Virus record (IMG/VR): IMGVR_UViG_3300018875_000003
Coordinates: 32,001-96,000 of that record
Origin: a virus
DNA: 64,000 nt
Reading direction: 5' to 3' (one strand)
Positions 1-10,558 of the stretch are shown one piece after another. A program made the position numbers and the translations under genes. The first letter of the stretch is position 1, and each line of letters opens with the position of its first letter. The notes below the pieces were generated by a model. The model was given only the letters and a program-made list of their open reading frames with translations. It did no database searches and was not told the DNA's origin.

Positions 1-186
1 ATCCACAAACGGCTCTGCAAAGTAGAGCTTATATGGAGAGCACAGCAACAGCATGTCATATCGCTCGTACATGGTTTTCAGCTTGATCGCTTCCGAGATA
101 TTCTTCTGCATCGTGTTCAGATGGAAATCGTGCAGAACTTGTCCATCCAGGAAGGCGATCCGCTTCATGTAGTTGGGTGTAGCCAT
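1..186 (-). CDS. Partial hypothetical virion-region protein (runs off the window)
   Basis: ATG at 186 after a GGCGGTGA RBS, directly downstream of 204..1952; frame open to base 1. Confidence 0.6.
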   Translation of the reverse strand, partial: MATPNYMKRIAFLDGQVLHDFHLNTMQKNISEAIKLKTMYERYDMLLLCSPYKLYFAEPFVD

Positions 187-203
187 GCTGTCACCGCCCT
201 ATC

Positions 204-1952
204 TTAGATTGTCATTGCCCAAGTTACGCGCATGCCTGTGCTGGCATCCTTCGTTACAGGACCGATACCGGAGATGTTGGACATCTTTCCGTCTTCCTGC
301 TCAGCGAACATACCCACTTGATAGATAACATGTGTCGATTCGCTGTACTGATACTTCGCAGTCACACTGTCTGTGTCCTGAAGCGTCACTTTGAATGTGA
401 TCTGCTTGCCGTCTGCGGAAACTTCGTATCCTGTGCCTTCTACCTGCAGCACACCGTTCAGCGTAACTTCCAGGATGAATTTGCCGTTTGCATCTTTCAC
501 AGCTGCTTTAGCCAGTGCGTAAGTTGTTACAGCCGCGGAGATGTTCAGGGTTTCTGTTTTCTCCACGTTCATTGGACCCGGCACGCCTTTCGGGAAGTCT
601 GCTACAAACTGCACAGCCGTTCCGCTGTTGACGCGATATTCGAAAGTCAGCAGACCTGGTGTTTCCACCACTGGCGGCTTCTTCGATGGATCGAGCGGAT
701 CAACACCAACTGGAGCTGCGCTGAATTGAACAATACCCTTGGCAGAGTTCATGATCCATACATCGCCCTGACCGAGCGAGAGACCTTTATCTACGATCTT
801 GTATTCCTTGACGGTATTGTCTAGTGCCTGGTGACGAACAGCTACCAGCTCCATCAGAGGAGCATCTGCCATATCGAAAATCAGGTGACTGTTATCCAGC
901 TGGTCTTGGAAGCGAACGTTCACTTTTTCACCGGCAGCGGGCGCAGTAGTAAATACCACGTTTGCAACGTCCTGCGTGAATGCTACGTCTGCAGCATTTG
1001 TATCCAGCTTGGCACTGAGGATTTTCAGTACTTTGTTTGTTGGATTCAGTGGGAATTTTGTTTGTGTGCCGTCACCGGTGACGGTTACTGTTTTTTCCGT
1101 GAAAGCGATCGGCTTCGTAGGGAAGACTTCGATTTCTGGATCACCTGTGCTGACTACGGATGGATATTGAATCATCTGGCGCGCGTCTTTAAACTCGCCT
1201 TCCATCTTGATTCTGATCTTGTCGGAATCCGAGAACTCAACCGGCTTGTTATCCGGATGACCTGCTGGCTTGCCGCCAAGACCCATGAAGCCCAGGGAGT
1301 AGAACAGCTTAAACTGGTAGTCTACCTGAACGTTCGTTTTCGCTTCAGCGAAGTATACCTTGCCCATCTTGTAGTCGATCGCATAATGCTTGTCTGCTTC
1401 CGAAGGAACGTCAGACAGCGTATAGGCTTGACCATTTACAGTCACGACTTCGGACCCTTCCGCGATTTCTGCATAGTCGCTTACGACCTTGCGGAACGTG
1501 ATGGATACGGTGTTTTTCGGTGCTACTGCAAATCGAACGGTTGCTGTGTCTGCATCTTTGATGGATACATCTTTATTCAGGACCAGATCCTGCCCATCAA
1601 CGCGAACAGATACGATTCTCAAGAGACGTGTGATTTCCGGAATGACAAGCTCAGTGCTTGTATTAGCGGAACCTACATCAGTCGTGTAGGTTCCTTCGGA
1701 TTCACAGGCATGCTTGAGATCAAATACATAAACGCCGTTTGCATTCGGAGTCAGCGTAGTGTCGCCTTTATCCGTGTGCTTTGCGCGAGTCTTGCCGGCA
1801 GGATCAGACATCATCTGTGCGATGATGTTGTTCAGACTGTGAACAGCGATATTCTTCTTCTCTTTTGTGAAGAAGACACCATCCTGATCGTTGTACATCT
1901 CCAGCTTAACGTGGCCCTTTGGATTCAGAGCGCTATGAAAGTCTCTTAACAT
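204..1952 (-). CDS. Virion structural protein (beta-rich, fibre/collar/baseplate-like), paralog of 1973..4030
   Basis: 582 aa; N-term KGHVKLE..KN and C-term VGMF..KD.STGMRVTW shared with neighbour; repeated Ig-like F..AP..V...Y units. Confidence 0.6.
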   Translation of the reverse strand: MLRDFHSALNPKGHVKLEMYNDQDGVFFTKEKKNIAVHSLNNIIAQMMSDPAGKTRAKHTDKGDTTLTPNANGVYVFDLKHACESEGTYTTDVGSANTSTELVIPEITRLLRIVSVRVDGQDLVLNKDVSIKDADTATVRFAVAPKNTVSITFRKVVSDYAEIAEGSEVVTVNGQAYTLSDVPSEADKHYAIDYKMGKVYFAEAKTNVQVDYQFKLFYSLGFMGLGGKPAGHPDNKPVEFSDSDKIRIKMEGEFKDARQMIQYPSVVSTGDPEIEVFPTKPIAFTEKTVTVTGDGTQTKFPLNPTNKVLKILSAKLDTNAADVAFTQDVANVVFTTAPAAGEKVNVRFQDQLDNSHLIFDMADAPLMELVAVRHQALDNTVKEYKIVDKGLSLGQGDVWIMNSAKGIVQFSAAPVGVDPLDPSKKPPVVETPGLLTFEYRVNSGTAVQFVADFPKGVPGPMNVEKTETLNISAAVTTYALAKAAVKDANGKFILEVTLNGVLQVEGTGYEVSADGKQITFKVTLQDTDSVTAKYQYSESTHVIYQVGMFAEQEDGKMSNISGIGPVTKDASTGMRVTWAMTI

Positions 1953-1972
1953 TGTCTGTTTCCCCCTATTTC

Positions 1973-4030
1973 TTAGAATCCACCTTTAAAGGCGTCTCCG
2001 TCTTTATTCAGCAGCTTGATTGTCCATGTGACGCGGATACCGGTTGTGATATCCTTGACGGTTTCGCCTGTACGAACCAGGGAGTAAGCATCAACTGGGA
2101 ATCCAGTGAATCCCTCTACCTTGTCGTCCGTGCGCGGGCCGTTAAAGAGTCCCATTTCGCGGATCGTTACATTGTAAGCAGGTACTTGCTCAGGGAACTC
2201 AGCGATGAAGCTAACGGTTCCTTTATCCAGCTGGTACCATGGGTAGGCGGTTCCTGCTTTTGGCTTTTCGATAACGGCGCGGTGATAGCCCGTAGCGAAG
2301 CCTGGCAGATCAGGAGTCGTAAACACGATCTCGTAGTTTACAACAGCAGACTTGTCTGCATTGCGGTCACTGATCACGATGGACTTTTTATCCGCAGACA
2401 GTTTGTACTTACCTGCGCCGAAGTCCTCATCGGAAGTAACAGCAGCAAATACCTCGCCGGTTTCTGCATTGGCTACGACAACCGTGTCCAGTGCATAAGC
2501 GGAAGTGTACGTCTTGGTGGCCGAAGTGTACTTGTAGTCAGCAGTGATCACTGCATCTTGAGCTGGAGCAGTTGTGAAGGTAATCACGCCTTTATCCTGC
2601 GTAAAGTTGCTTACTGCCGCGTCGTCTACTTTCAGCACCAGGGTTCCAGGAACCAGTGTCGTATGAGCCAGTGTGAACTTCACAGCGGTTGCATCGCCTT
2701 TGCCGACTGCTTCTGCCGTTACGGTTTTGGTTACATTTCCGCTTGTCAGAGCAGCTGCAGCTTTCAGGTCGTAGCGCTCTCCTGTAATGTCATACGTTAC
2801 GTGCAGTCCGCTCAGCGTTTTGCTGAATTGCAGCGTTCCGCGTTTTGCATCCAGCAGGTATTTGCCGTCAGCCAGGTCTGCTTCCTTATCAACACGCTGC
2901 AGCTCTGTGCCGTCATATTCGACAACCAGGCTTTCCGGAACGATTGGGAAGTGTTCCAGCTGCGCCAGATACGGAGGAACGGTAGTCGTGCTGTACGCGG
3001 TCACGGTCTGGAAGGACTTCGTGAAGTTCTCGAACTCGTGAGCCAGTGTGTTCATCGAAGTCGTCAGACCATCAGAACGAAGACCTGTAATCACGATGTT
3101 CTCGCCAGTTGTGATCGAAGGATCTTTACCGGAGAACCGCAGCTCGACTTCATGAGAGGCTTCACGGTCAAGACCAGTGATAACCTTCTGTGCTGCTTCT
3201 GGGGCTGACAGAGCGGAATCATACGTCTCGATCGTCTCTTTCAGAGTGCCATCGACGTAAATGCCAATTTGACCACCCGTGTTGGACTTCTCGTACTGAA
3301 TAACGAGCCGGCTAAGCTTCTCAGTGAGCTTTAGGGATGCGTTCAGCGTATCAGCCGTCGCTTTACCGCCTGCTACATCAAAGCCGCCTGCAAGGGCAAT
3401 GCGTGCGTCTGTGAGGTCGATCGCACGGTCCAAACCATCACCGAGTCCGATGAACATGTTTGTCTGGGAGCTGTAGATTTCAGAAGTAATTGCAATCGAT
3501 CCAGCGACGGGCTTCGTCGAGATGCTGAATGCTTTCTTCCCTACCTGATCCGAGGTTTCTTCTTTCAGATATACCGTGATTGGACGATAGCTGAATGTGA
3601 TTTTGAACTGGCTGTCATCGACAGCTTTCCAGAACACATTCGGTGCGAAGTTCAATTGATCAACGCCATCCACAACTGCCGAGATGTTGCCATTCAGTCC
3701 GATGTGGAATTTCTTCGTTACCCCGGTTGCATCTTTCGGTACGCGGTTTTTATACAGAGTGCGATCCGGATCGCCGGAGAATGCACGCAGCATAATTTCT
3801 TCCGCACCATCTACGACCAAGTTGGGTTGGTCAGCCAGAACGCCAAGGCTGTTGCCAGCTTCGTCAATGCGCTCAATAGTAATGTGACCTTTGGCTGCAA
3901 ACTCGAACGTGTCGTTCAGCCCGCTGCCTGCTTGAGGAGCCGAAGCCGATTGATACTTTTTCATCAGCTTTTCTTTGTTCGGGCCATCCGGCAGCTTGCT
4001 CAGCAATTTACCGATTGCTTTCAAATTCAT
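1973..4030 (-). CDS. Virion structural protein (beta-rich, fibre/collar/baseplate-like)
   Basis: 685 aa; KGHITIE..PNLVV and IREMGLF..KDITTGIRVTW motifs; in structural operon. Confidence 0.6.
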   Translation of the reverse strand: MNLKAIGKLLSKLPDGPNKEKLMKKYQSASAPQAGSGLNDTFEFAAKGHITIERIDEAGNSLGVLADQPNLVVDGAEEIMLRAFSGDPDRTLYKNRVPKDATGVTKKFHIGLNGNISAVVDGVDQLNFAPNVFWKAVDDSQFKITFSYRPITVYLKEETSDQVGKKAFSISTKPVAGSIAITSEIYSSQTNMFIGLGDGLDRAIDLTDARIALAGGFDVAGGKATADTLNASLKLTEKLSRLVIQYEKSNTGGQIGIYVDGTLKETIETYDSALSAPEAAQKVITGLDREASHEVELRFSGKDPSITTGENIVITGLRSDGLTTSMNTLAHEFENFTKSFQTVTAYSTTTVPPYLAQLEHFPIVPESLVVEYDGTELQRVDKEADLADGKYLLDAKRGTLQFSKTLSGLHVTYDITGERYDLKAAAALTSGNVTKTVTAEAVGKGDATAVKFTLAHTTLVPGTLVLKVDDAAVSNFTQDKGVITFTTAPAQDAVITADYKYTSATKTYTSAYALDTVVVANAETGEVFAAVTSDEDFGAGKYKLSADKKSIVISDRNADKSAVVNYEIVFTTPDLPGFATGYHRAVIEKPKAGTAYPWYQLDKGTVSFIAEFPEQVPAYNVTIREMGLFNGPRTDDKVEGFTGFPVDAYSLVRTGETVKDITTGIRVTWTIKLLNKDGDAFKGGF

Positions 4031-6096
4031 TATGAGTCCACTCCTTTAAGGGTATTGACGCCAAGTACAAACTCACCGAGCGGCCATCCTTGATCAAAGT
4101 CATTGCCCAGCGCATACTGCACCTTCTCTTTGCCGCTAATCGTGAGTCGATCGGACAACTCAGGCAGGATATTCTGGGTTTTGAGGTCTCTCGGAAGGAT
4201 TTTGCTCTGATCGCTGATATTTGGCATGTATACCGGGTAAAAGCCGACTGTCGGATTCAGTGAAACCACTTCATCCATCTTGCCGTCAATATCTGCCCGG
4301 ATTTTTGTATCATCATGGATCAGGACATTGTAGTACTCCAGCAGCCTGTGCTGGTAGTTTGCAATGATCTGATGCGTGAATCCGATGCTCATGTGTGTCT
4401 GCTCACTTATTTCTGCAGAAAGTCCGGCAGACGATGCTATCGATTCTCCAAACAGGGCATCCATCGATTCTGCCACGCGATTAAACAGATTTTCAGTCAT
4501 CGCGTGCGACTCGTTCAGGCTTACACCCATTACATCCACAGCGCTCAGTAGAGGCGCCTGACGGGCTTCTACAGCGTCCGCCATGCCAACTGCCCATTCC
4601 TCTGAATAGGCGGTCTTAATCGCCGTATAGCCGCTGTGAATCCGTTCTCCCATGCCTGCAAAATAGCTGAACACATCGGTCATTTCGTAATCAACGATGA
4701 TGTGAGCTTTTTCCTGGACGCGGTAGATGAGCTTATCCAGTAGTGTGACAAAATAGTCGTCGATATGCGGCAGCAGGTCGCCACCGATCAATTCCTTAAT
4801 AATGTCTTTTACAATAATGTATTGCGTTACATTATCATCCTCGTAGAGGTCGTACTGGACGATACCCGCTGGTCTGCTCTTATTCAGGTCAGATCCATCA
4901 TGGAGGTTATGCTGGACGATGGATTGCATCTGGTCGATCGCCAGATAAGGGAAGATCGCATCCTGGACGAATAACCGCAGCAGCATCAGCAGCTCTTCGG
5001 CCGGCTCGGCAACGAGCGCTTCCAGGACTTCTGTTTTAAAGTAGCGAAGTTCGGTCTTTGTGGACTCCAGATGGACGTAATCCACCTGTTCCTGCAATGC
5101 AGGTTCTAACAATAATTGTACTGCACTGCTTGTCGCAATCACAAAGTCGTCTTGAGGCATCAGATCATAGGATGCCTTCAATATCTCACTCTTTATATCG
5201 AAATCAATGGTTCCATCTAAATAAATCGCTTGATTTTCCCCGTTTTCTACGAAGACTTCGATAGTGGACTTCTTTACGATCCGATCGAGTGAATCTTCCA
5301 GGAAAACTTCGAGGATCATCGTCATCATATCGGTTGTCCGGTTGCGATAGTTATCCGCCACCCGGTACAGCTTCATAATCTCAGAAAACTCTTTCTGGGA
5401 TGACATGAAGCTTTCTTTGAACTCATGTCCGAGTTCTTTGCCGATCATCTGGAACAATTCGGTGAGAACGGCAGTCACCTGCTCATTCACCTCGGAAGTT
5501 CCGCCCTTCCCGATTTCAATCTGCTCTTCTCCGGCCATCGTAGCCTCTTCCGCCTGATCAATCAGGTGGTCATAGCGAATACGGTCTTTTCGGAGTGTAG
5601 CCTGCAGAGCATCTTCTGTAATCAGGGAGATCAAGCTTTCGATCTCTCCTTCCCGGACCATCGTCATGATGTCCAGAAGATCATAGAGCATTTCATAGAC
5701 CAGCAATTCGTTCTGGTCGTCTTTCAGATCGGAGTAGACCCAATCGCTTCGATAGCCGACATCGGATATTCCTCTGATTCGGTACTGATTCAGCCGCCTG
5801 ATCTCGCCTGGCTGCGGCCCATTGCCGAGTGTTAACCAGTAGGATTCGGATACCTCATCCTGTGGCGTATCGAGAACAGCTTTGATTCGAAATATAGCGC
5901 CGTCTACGTTGTTTGCTGGGATACCGGTATCAACGTACTTTTGTGTCACTGCCGATTTGGTCTCACCTTCCGCAGAAATAACGCGAAGGCGATAGACACC
6001 TTCGCTTCCTGGGAATGATACCTGTTTGAAAATCCGTTCTTTCAGCGGATTCTTGGAATCAGCAGTGAAAGGCATGACACTCATTTCTTCATTCAT
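4030..6096 (-). CDS. Hypothetical virion-region protein
   Basis: 688 aa ORF translationally coupled to the next gene; acidic; C-term GWPLGEFVLGVN. Confidence 0.6.
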   Translation of the reverse strand: MNEEMSVMPFTADSKNPLKERIFKQVSFPGSEGVYRLRVISAEGETKSAVTQKYVDTGIPANNVDGAIFRIKAVLDTPQDEVSESYWLTLGNGPQPGEIRRLNQYRIRGISDVGYRSDWVYSDLKDDQNELLVYEMLYDLLDIMTMVREGEIESLISLITEDALQATLRKDRIRYDHLIDQAEEATMAGEEQIEIGKGGTSEVNEQVTAVLTELFQMIGKELGHEFKESFMSSQKEFSEIMKLYRVADNYRNRTTDMMTMILEVFLEDSLDRIVKKSTIEVFVENGENQAIYLDGTIDFDIKSEILKASYDLMPQDDFVIATSSAVQLLLEPALQEQVDYVHLESTKTELRYFKTEVLEALVAEPAEELLMLLRLFVQDAIFPYLAIDQMQSIVQHNLHDGSDLNKSRPAGIVQYDLYEDDNVTQYIIVKDIIKELIGGDLLPHIDDYFVTLLDKLIYRVQEKAHIIVDYEMTDVFSYFAGMGERIHSGYTAIKTAYSEEWAVGMADAVEARQAPLLSAVDVMGVSLNESHAMTENLFNRVAESMDALFGESIASSAGLSAEISEQTHMSIGFTHQIIANYQHRLLEYYNVLIHDDTKIRADIDGKMDEVVSLNPTVGFYPVYMPNISDQSKILPRDLKTQNILPELSDRLTISGKEKVQYALGNDFDQGWPLGEFVLGVNTLKGVDS

Positions 6097-6121
6097 GATG
6101 GTCCCTGCCTTTCACGCTATA

Positions 6122-6622
6122 TTATTCTTCTGTTTTTGCTGCTGCTTTCGCAGTTGTGCGTTTTGTGGTGGTTTTTGCCGGAGCTGGCTCTGCTTTTGCT
6201 TCTTCGGCAGCTGTATCTTCTGCTTTCAGCGTAACGACTTCAGCTTCGCCCACTTCTTTCGCATTCGGCATATCTGCATTACCTGCAGCCAGCTGATCAG
6301 CACGATCGGCAGCCATCGATGGCACCGGCTGAATCACTTTGCCTTCATGGTTTCTGCGGAACTCCGCGGTATTGGTGTTGAAAATCTTCGTGAATTTATC
6401 TTTCCATGCTTCAATCTCGGAAGCTGGAAGATTCCCCTCATATAACACCAACGCTGGCGTCTTACACAACACAGCGTGAACGATATTTTTCATCGTCTCA
6501 GGCTTGGTCTCGTCATACTCAAATGACCGTGTAGGATTAGCCAGCGTAAGGTAAGTGTTAGTGAGGGGATCAAAATAGCCGTGTTTACGTGGAGCCAAGC
6601 CCACGGTAACTTTTGTCGCCAT
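6122..6622 (-). CDS. Hypothetical protein downstream of capsid gene
   Basis: 166 aa; GGAGG RBS; Ala/Glu/Lys/Thr-rich tail. Confidence 0.7.
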   Translation of the reverse strand: MATKVTVGLAPRKHGYFDPLTNTYLTLANPTRSFEYDETKPETMKNIVHAVLCKTPALVLYEGNLPASEIEAWKDKFTKIFNTNTAEFRRNHEGKVIQPVPSMAADRADQLAAGNADMPNAKEVGEAEVVTLKAEDTAAEEAKAEPAPAKTTTKRTTAKAAAKTEE

Positions 6623-6675
6623 TTATGATCCCTCCAAAGTTTTGTTTTGTTTAATGCGTTATACCATACTCGCCA

Positions 6676-7761
6676 TTAGGAAACGACGCGGATAGTTTGT
6701 GGAGCTGGGTAGGAGCGCTCGAATGCCAGGTTGCGGGCAGTTGCTACTGCTTTACCTTCGTTCAGTACGCCGACACCATAACGTTCTTTGATTTTGATTG
6801 TTTGGATATCGCGCATTGGATCGTCGAATTGCTCAGTGGACAATGGATCTTTCACCAGCAAGATACCGATGTTGGACTTGTCTACCACGTACATGTCGAA
6901 TTTCTTCTGCTCGTAGTTGAACGGCGCGAACGGCGTGAAGTTCAGGTTGATGCTGAACGGGATACGTCCTTGTACGCTGTCTGGGTTGATTTGCAGGTTC
7001 GTGATTTGGGAACCGCCCAGTGCTGCGTGAGACAGGGAATCCATCAGGTCGTTTTTGAAGAACACGCTCCAAGTCAGTGGGTGCATGATGATGTCTGTCG
7101 GGTTAAAGCCGTTAGCCATTACCGAGATGAACAGGTCGATCATGTCCTCAGTACTCATTGTGTTATTCAGGTTGCCATCGATATCGCGACCAGTTGTACC
7201 CGCTTCGGTGTACTTCTGACGGATGTCGTTGTCGAACACCAGGTGTCCGTGCTTGGAGAACTGATTGAAGATTTTTTCTTCTTTCAGACGAGCCATTGCT
7301 TCGCCCGCTTTACGAACGAGAATACCGATTACGTCCCATTGGGAGTCGTTGATCATCTCATCAGTTACGCGGACCACCATACCGGATTTACCAACTTTGA
7401 CTTCTTGTGTGCGGTGCATTTGGAAGTCAACAGTTTCTTCCAGGTAGGATTGGCTTTCCCCGATATCGTGCGCACGCATTGCGCCGATAGACGGGAACTC
7501 GATGGAGCGGCCTTCTGTCAGACGAACCGTCTGCATCAGCTGGGAGCCCAGATACAGTGGCTCAGCTGCTTCGCGCATCATACCTGTGATGACGCGAGGG
7601 ATCAGGATGGAAGCATCCTGCGTGGACAGTGCTTCTTTTACGCCAACCAGTTCGGATTTCGGAATCTGTGTCCAATCCTCTTCCAGGTTAAGCTGACGCT
7701 GCATTCTCTCGTAGACTTTCATAGCCTCGGGTTTCAGTTGCATTTCGTTAAGATTAATCAT
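6676..7761 (-). CDS. Major capsid protein (HK97-like fold)
   Basis: 361 aa; LIPRVI, K.G..V.VTDEMINDSQWD, IMHP and ERYGVGVL motifs; follows protease/scaffold. Confidence 0.85.
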   Translation of the reverse strand: MINLNEMQLKPEAMKVYERMQRQLNLEEDWTQIPKSELVGVKEALSTQDASILIPRVITGMMREAAEPLYLGSQLMQTVRLTEGRSIEFPSIGAMRAHDIGESQSYLEETVDFQMHRTQEVKVGKSGMVVRVTDEMINDSQWDVIGILVRKAGEAMARLKEEKIFNQFSKHGHLVFDNDIRQKYTEAGTTGRDIDGNLNNTMSTEDMIDLFISVMANGFNPTDIIMHPLTWSVFFKNDLMDSLSHAALGGSQITNLQINPDSVQGRIPFSINLNFTPFAPFNYEQKKFDMYVVDKSNIGILLVKDPLSTEQFDDPMRDIQTIKIKERYGVGVLNEGKAVATARNLAFERSYPAPQTIRVVS

Positions 7762-7792
7762 TAGTGGCTAGGCCCCTTTCCTTGAATACGGA

Positions 7793-9019
7793 TTATTTAT
7801 GAAGCAGGATGCGGACCGCACCGATCGAACCTTTGAAGTCCCAACCTGTTGGGATACCAGGAATCTGGCCAGTCGCTTTATACGTCGCAGTTACATTTTT
7901 CGGAGTTGTGCCAGCAGTGTTGTCCACTGTTACAACAACCAGACCGAGTTCAGCATTTACATAGTCAGGTGTGATTACTTGACCGTCGAATTTCACTTCG
8001 ATTGTGCCGGCTACAGCTGGCAGATGTTCCAGACGGAAGTCGTGGCGGCCGGATTGTCCAGGCTGGATTGTACCGATCACTTCGTCAGCGTAAGGAACTT
8101 CGATGTTGGCACCGTTGGTCAGGCCAGGGATACCTTGCGGCTTGTACTGACCTTTATCCCAGTTCGCATACGTTTTCTCGTATGGGTAGCCAGGGAAGCC
8201 ATCAGTTGCACCAATGTCTTCAGGACGGAAACCGGAGTTGTTAATCCATTTGTCATCTGTGCGCATGTCTTCTTGAGACCAGCCAACCCATTTCAACCAT
8301 CCTTGCGGCGGCATGTTGGTTTCAACAGCCCAGATCTGGCCGATAACCTGATCACGCATGATGCTTTCTTTTTCCATAAGAGCTTTCAGCTCATCCAGTG
8401 TAGTAGCAGCTTTGATCTGCTCACGGATTTGGTCGAAGTCAGCAACAATGATGCGTCCGTTCTCATCGGACATTACCAGGTCGCCGTTTTTCGCAGGGCG
8501 CGCAGGGTTAGCATCGTAGAAGGAACCCCAGTGGATTTCTTCAGCATCCGCTTTAACCGGGATGTAAGGCAGCTCGATGTAGATTTCGTTTTCGATGGTT
8601 GGCTGCATGCCGTTGAATCCATCGACGAACTCTTCATACAGGTTGCCGTAGGCTACGCCGATTGCCTTGTTGGCTTTACGCACATACGTAGAACCGTCTG
8701 TTTTGTGGACGTCGTTTACGTCTTTACCGCCGTTTGCCAGTGTCAGAACAGGCAGCAGTGTGTTGCTGTCAAAGTCCTTGATTACGCCATCTTGGGAAGC
8801 GCCGAAGCTGTCCGTTGCCGGTGCTACTGCACGACCTTTAGGGATGACCACCCAGCCATCGCCACCGAAATGATAGCGGAACAGGCGTTTAAGCCGTGGG
8901 TCGATTGCGAATTTCTCACCCGGAGAATCGTGAGTACCTGCCTGCAGCTTGGTATTCGTGCGGTTGTAGTTATCCGGGGTGTCTTTAATTGGGCCAGAGT
9001 TGCCAGAGAACAATGCCAT
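7793..9019 (-). CDS. Putative head decoration/structural protein
   Basis: Between protease and MCP; VVIPKGRAVA motif; ATG at 9019 chosen from the AAGGAG RBS. Confidence 0.55.
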   Translation of the reverse strand: MALFSGNSGPIKDTPDNYNRTNTKLQAGTHDSPGEKFAIDPRLKRLFRYHFGGDGWVVIPKGRAVAPATDSFGASQDGVIKDFDSNTLLPVLTLANGGKDVNDVHKTDGSTYVRKANKAIGVAYGNLYEEFVDGFNGMQPTIENEIYIELPYIPVKADAEEIHWGSFYDANPARPAKNGDLVMSDENGRIIVADFDQIREQIKAATTLDELKALMEKESIMRDQVIGQIWAVETNMPPQGWLKWVGWSQEDMRTDDKWINNSGFRPEDIGATDGFPGYPYEKTYANWDKGQYKPQGIPGLTNGANIEVPYADEVIGTIQPGQSGRHDFRLEHLPAVAGTIEVKFDGQVITPDYVNAELGLVVVTVDNTAGTTPKNVTATYKATGQIPGIPTGWDFKGSIGAVRILLHK

Positions 9020-9067
9020 TGTGAATGTCACTCCTTAATTTGGTTTACTTGCCTTTATAGGCTTTTG

Positions 9068-10558
9068 TTATTTCTTGCTGCCAAACATGCCCTTAAACAT
9101 GTTCAAAGCATCTTGGCCAGTCATGACTTTCGGCTTTTCGCTCTCGTCAGTACTGAGTCCAGGATTTGCTACGCTGCCTGGTACCGGCTTCGCCGTTTTG
9201 GTTTCTGCCAGCAGATCAGCTTTCGTATTTTCCAGAGACTCTTTGGTGCGGGTTGCGTGAGCTTGTACAGCTTCCTCGTAATCCACGCCTACCACATCAG
9301 GCTTGTTCAGATCGCGTTTCAGCTTAACAACGCTCTCTGCCAGTGCGCGATGGGAGTTCTCATTTGCTTCGGCCAGTGCTGCTGTCAGACGCTGAACCTC
9401 AGCTTTCGACTCAGCCAGTTGACCGCTGATACGTTGGTTTTCCATGACCAGATTGGTGATGGTTTGCTGCATCTCGGTTACATTAACCGTAGGTGCTGCC
9501 GGAACCGGTGGCGTAGCTTGTGCGCCTTCAGCAGTTGTTGCTGTTGGAGTCGCAGGCGGTTCTGTAGTTACTGCTGCAGGTTCAGTTCCTGCTGCTTGTG
9601 CGCCTTCAGCAGTCGTTGCTGCGGCAGGCTCCGGAGTTGTAGTTGGACCAGCAGCTGGCGGAGTTGTTTGTGCGCCTTCCTGTGTAGCTGCAGGTACTGC
9701 AGGTGCAGCAGGATCCGCTGGGGTTGTTCCTTTTGGTGTCGTCATCGGTTGGCTCCCTTCCTCGAAAGTAAGCAGGTTTTGGAAAGCTGCTTTCTGACTT
9801 TCATTCATTTGTTCGAATAGATTCACACTCGGCGCGTTTACATGCTGCATCAGGCCTTCAGCGACCTGGAAGATGTGCATGTGTACGGATTCCTGTGAAG
9901 CAGCAGATGTTTTATCATCGCTTCCGTCTTCGTAAACGGCAGTTACGCCAGTATTGCCGGCGTATTCGTCAGCCGGAACGTTTACATATGAAACCTCGCG
10001 GCCATAGGTTGTTCCGATGATGAAGTGGCAAGTTTGGTCTTCGTAGTTCTCACCTGGGTAGTGTTCACACCACTCCTGAGTGCGGTCCGTTCCGCAGATG
10101 TTACATGTTACTTTGTCGGTGTTCGCGCCGATGGAAACCGTCTGATAACGTCCATCCAGTACTTTTTCAATAGCAACCGGATCGGTAATTTCGACTGTAA
10201 ACATCAGTCCTGGTTTACCAGACATCGTAACGTCATGGAACTCTGCTTTCAGGATACGTCCGATTGGTTCACCGTCCACATCATTGTGGTGGGTTAGCAC
10301 CGGCTTCTGCCGTGGCGATGTCCAACTTTCCAATCCCGCGGTCAATCCTTCTTTGGTGTAGTACGTAAAGTTACGTGTACGGCCAACGTGGATGGCTTCG
10401 ATCTGAACGATCAGTTTCTTTGGCTTCCCCTTCGCTGATTCATTCAGAACTTGTATTGATTCCTGCTGAATCTTCCCGATCGTGCCGAGATTTTCATTCA
10501 GGATTTTTGGTACCCATTTCTTTTGCTCATGCTCTTTGAGCGAATACACATTCCTCAC
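9068..10558 (-). CDS. Prohead protease with C-terminal scaffold region
   Basis: PVLTHHN..PIGRI, YQTVSIG, CNICG..CEH and EVSYVNVPAD motifs; Pro/Ala/Thr linker then coiled coil. Confidence 0.8.
   Translation of the reverse strand: MRNVYSLKEHEQKKWVPKILNENLGTIGKIQQESIQVLNESAKGKPKKLIVQIEAIHVGRTRNFTYYTKEGLTAGLESWTSPRQKPVLTHHNDVDGEPIGRILKAEFHDVTMSGKPGLMFTVEITDPVAIEKVLDGRYQTVSIGANTDKVTCNICGTDRTQEWCEHYPGENYEDQTCHFIIGTTYGREVSYVNVPADEYAGNTGVTAVYEDGSDDKTSAASQESVHMHIFQVAEGLMQHVNAPSVNLFEQMNESQKAAFQNLLTFEEGSQPMTTPKGTTPADPAAPAVPAATQEGAQTTPPAAGPTTTPEPAAATTAEGAQAAGTEPAAVTTEPPATPTATTAEGAQATPPVPAAPTVNVTEMQQTITNLVMENQRISGQLAESKAEVQRLTAALAEANENSHRALAESVVKLKRDLNKPDVVGVDYEEAVQAHATRTKESLENTKADLLAETKTAKPVPGSVANPGLSTDESEKPKVMTGQDALNMFKGMFGSKK

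Noticed and set aside
9480-9745. Repeats within the protease/scaffold gene (e.g. TGTGCGCCTTC x3)
   Set aside because: Explained by the repeated EGAQ peptide in a Pro/Ala/Thr linker
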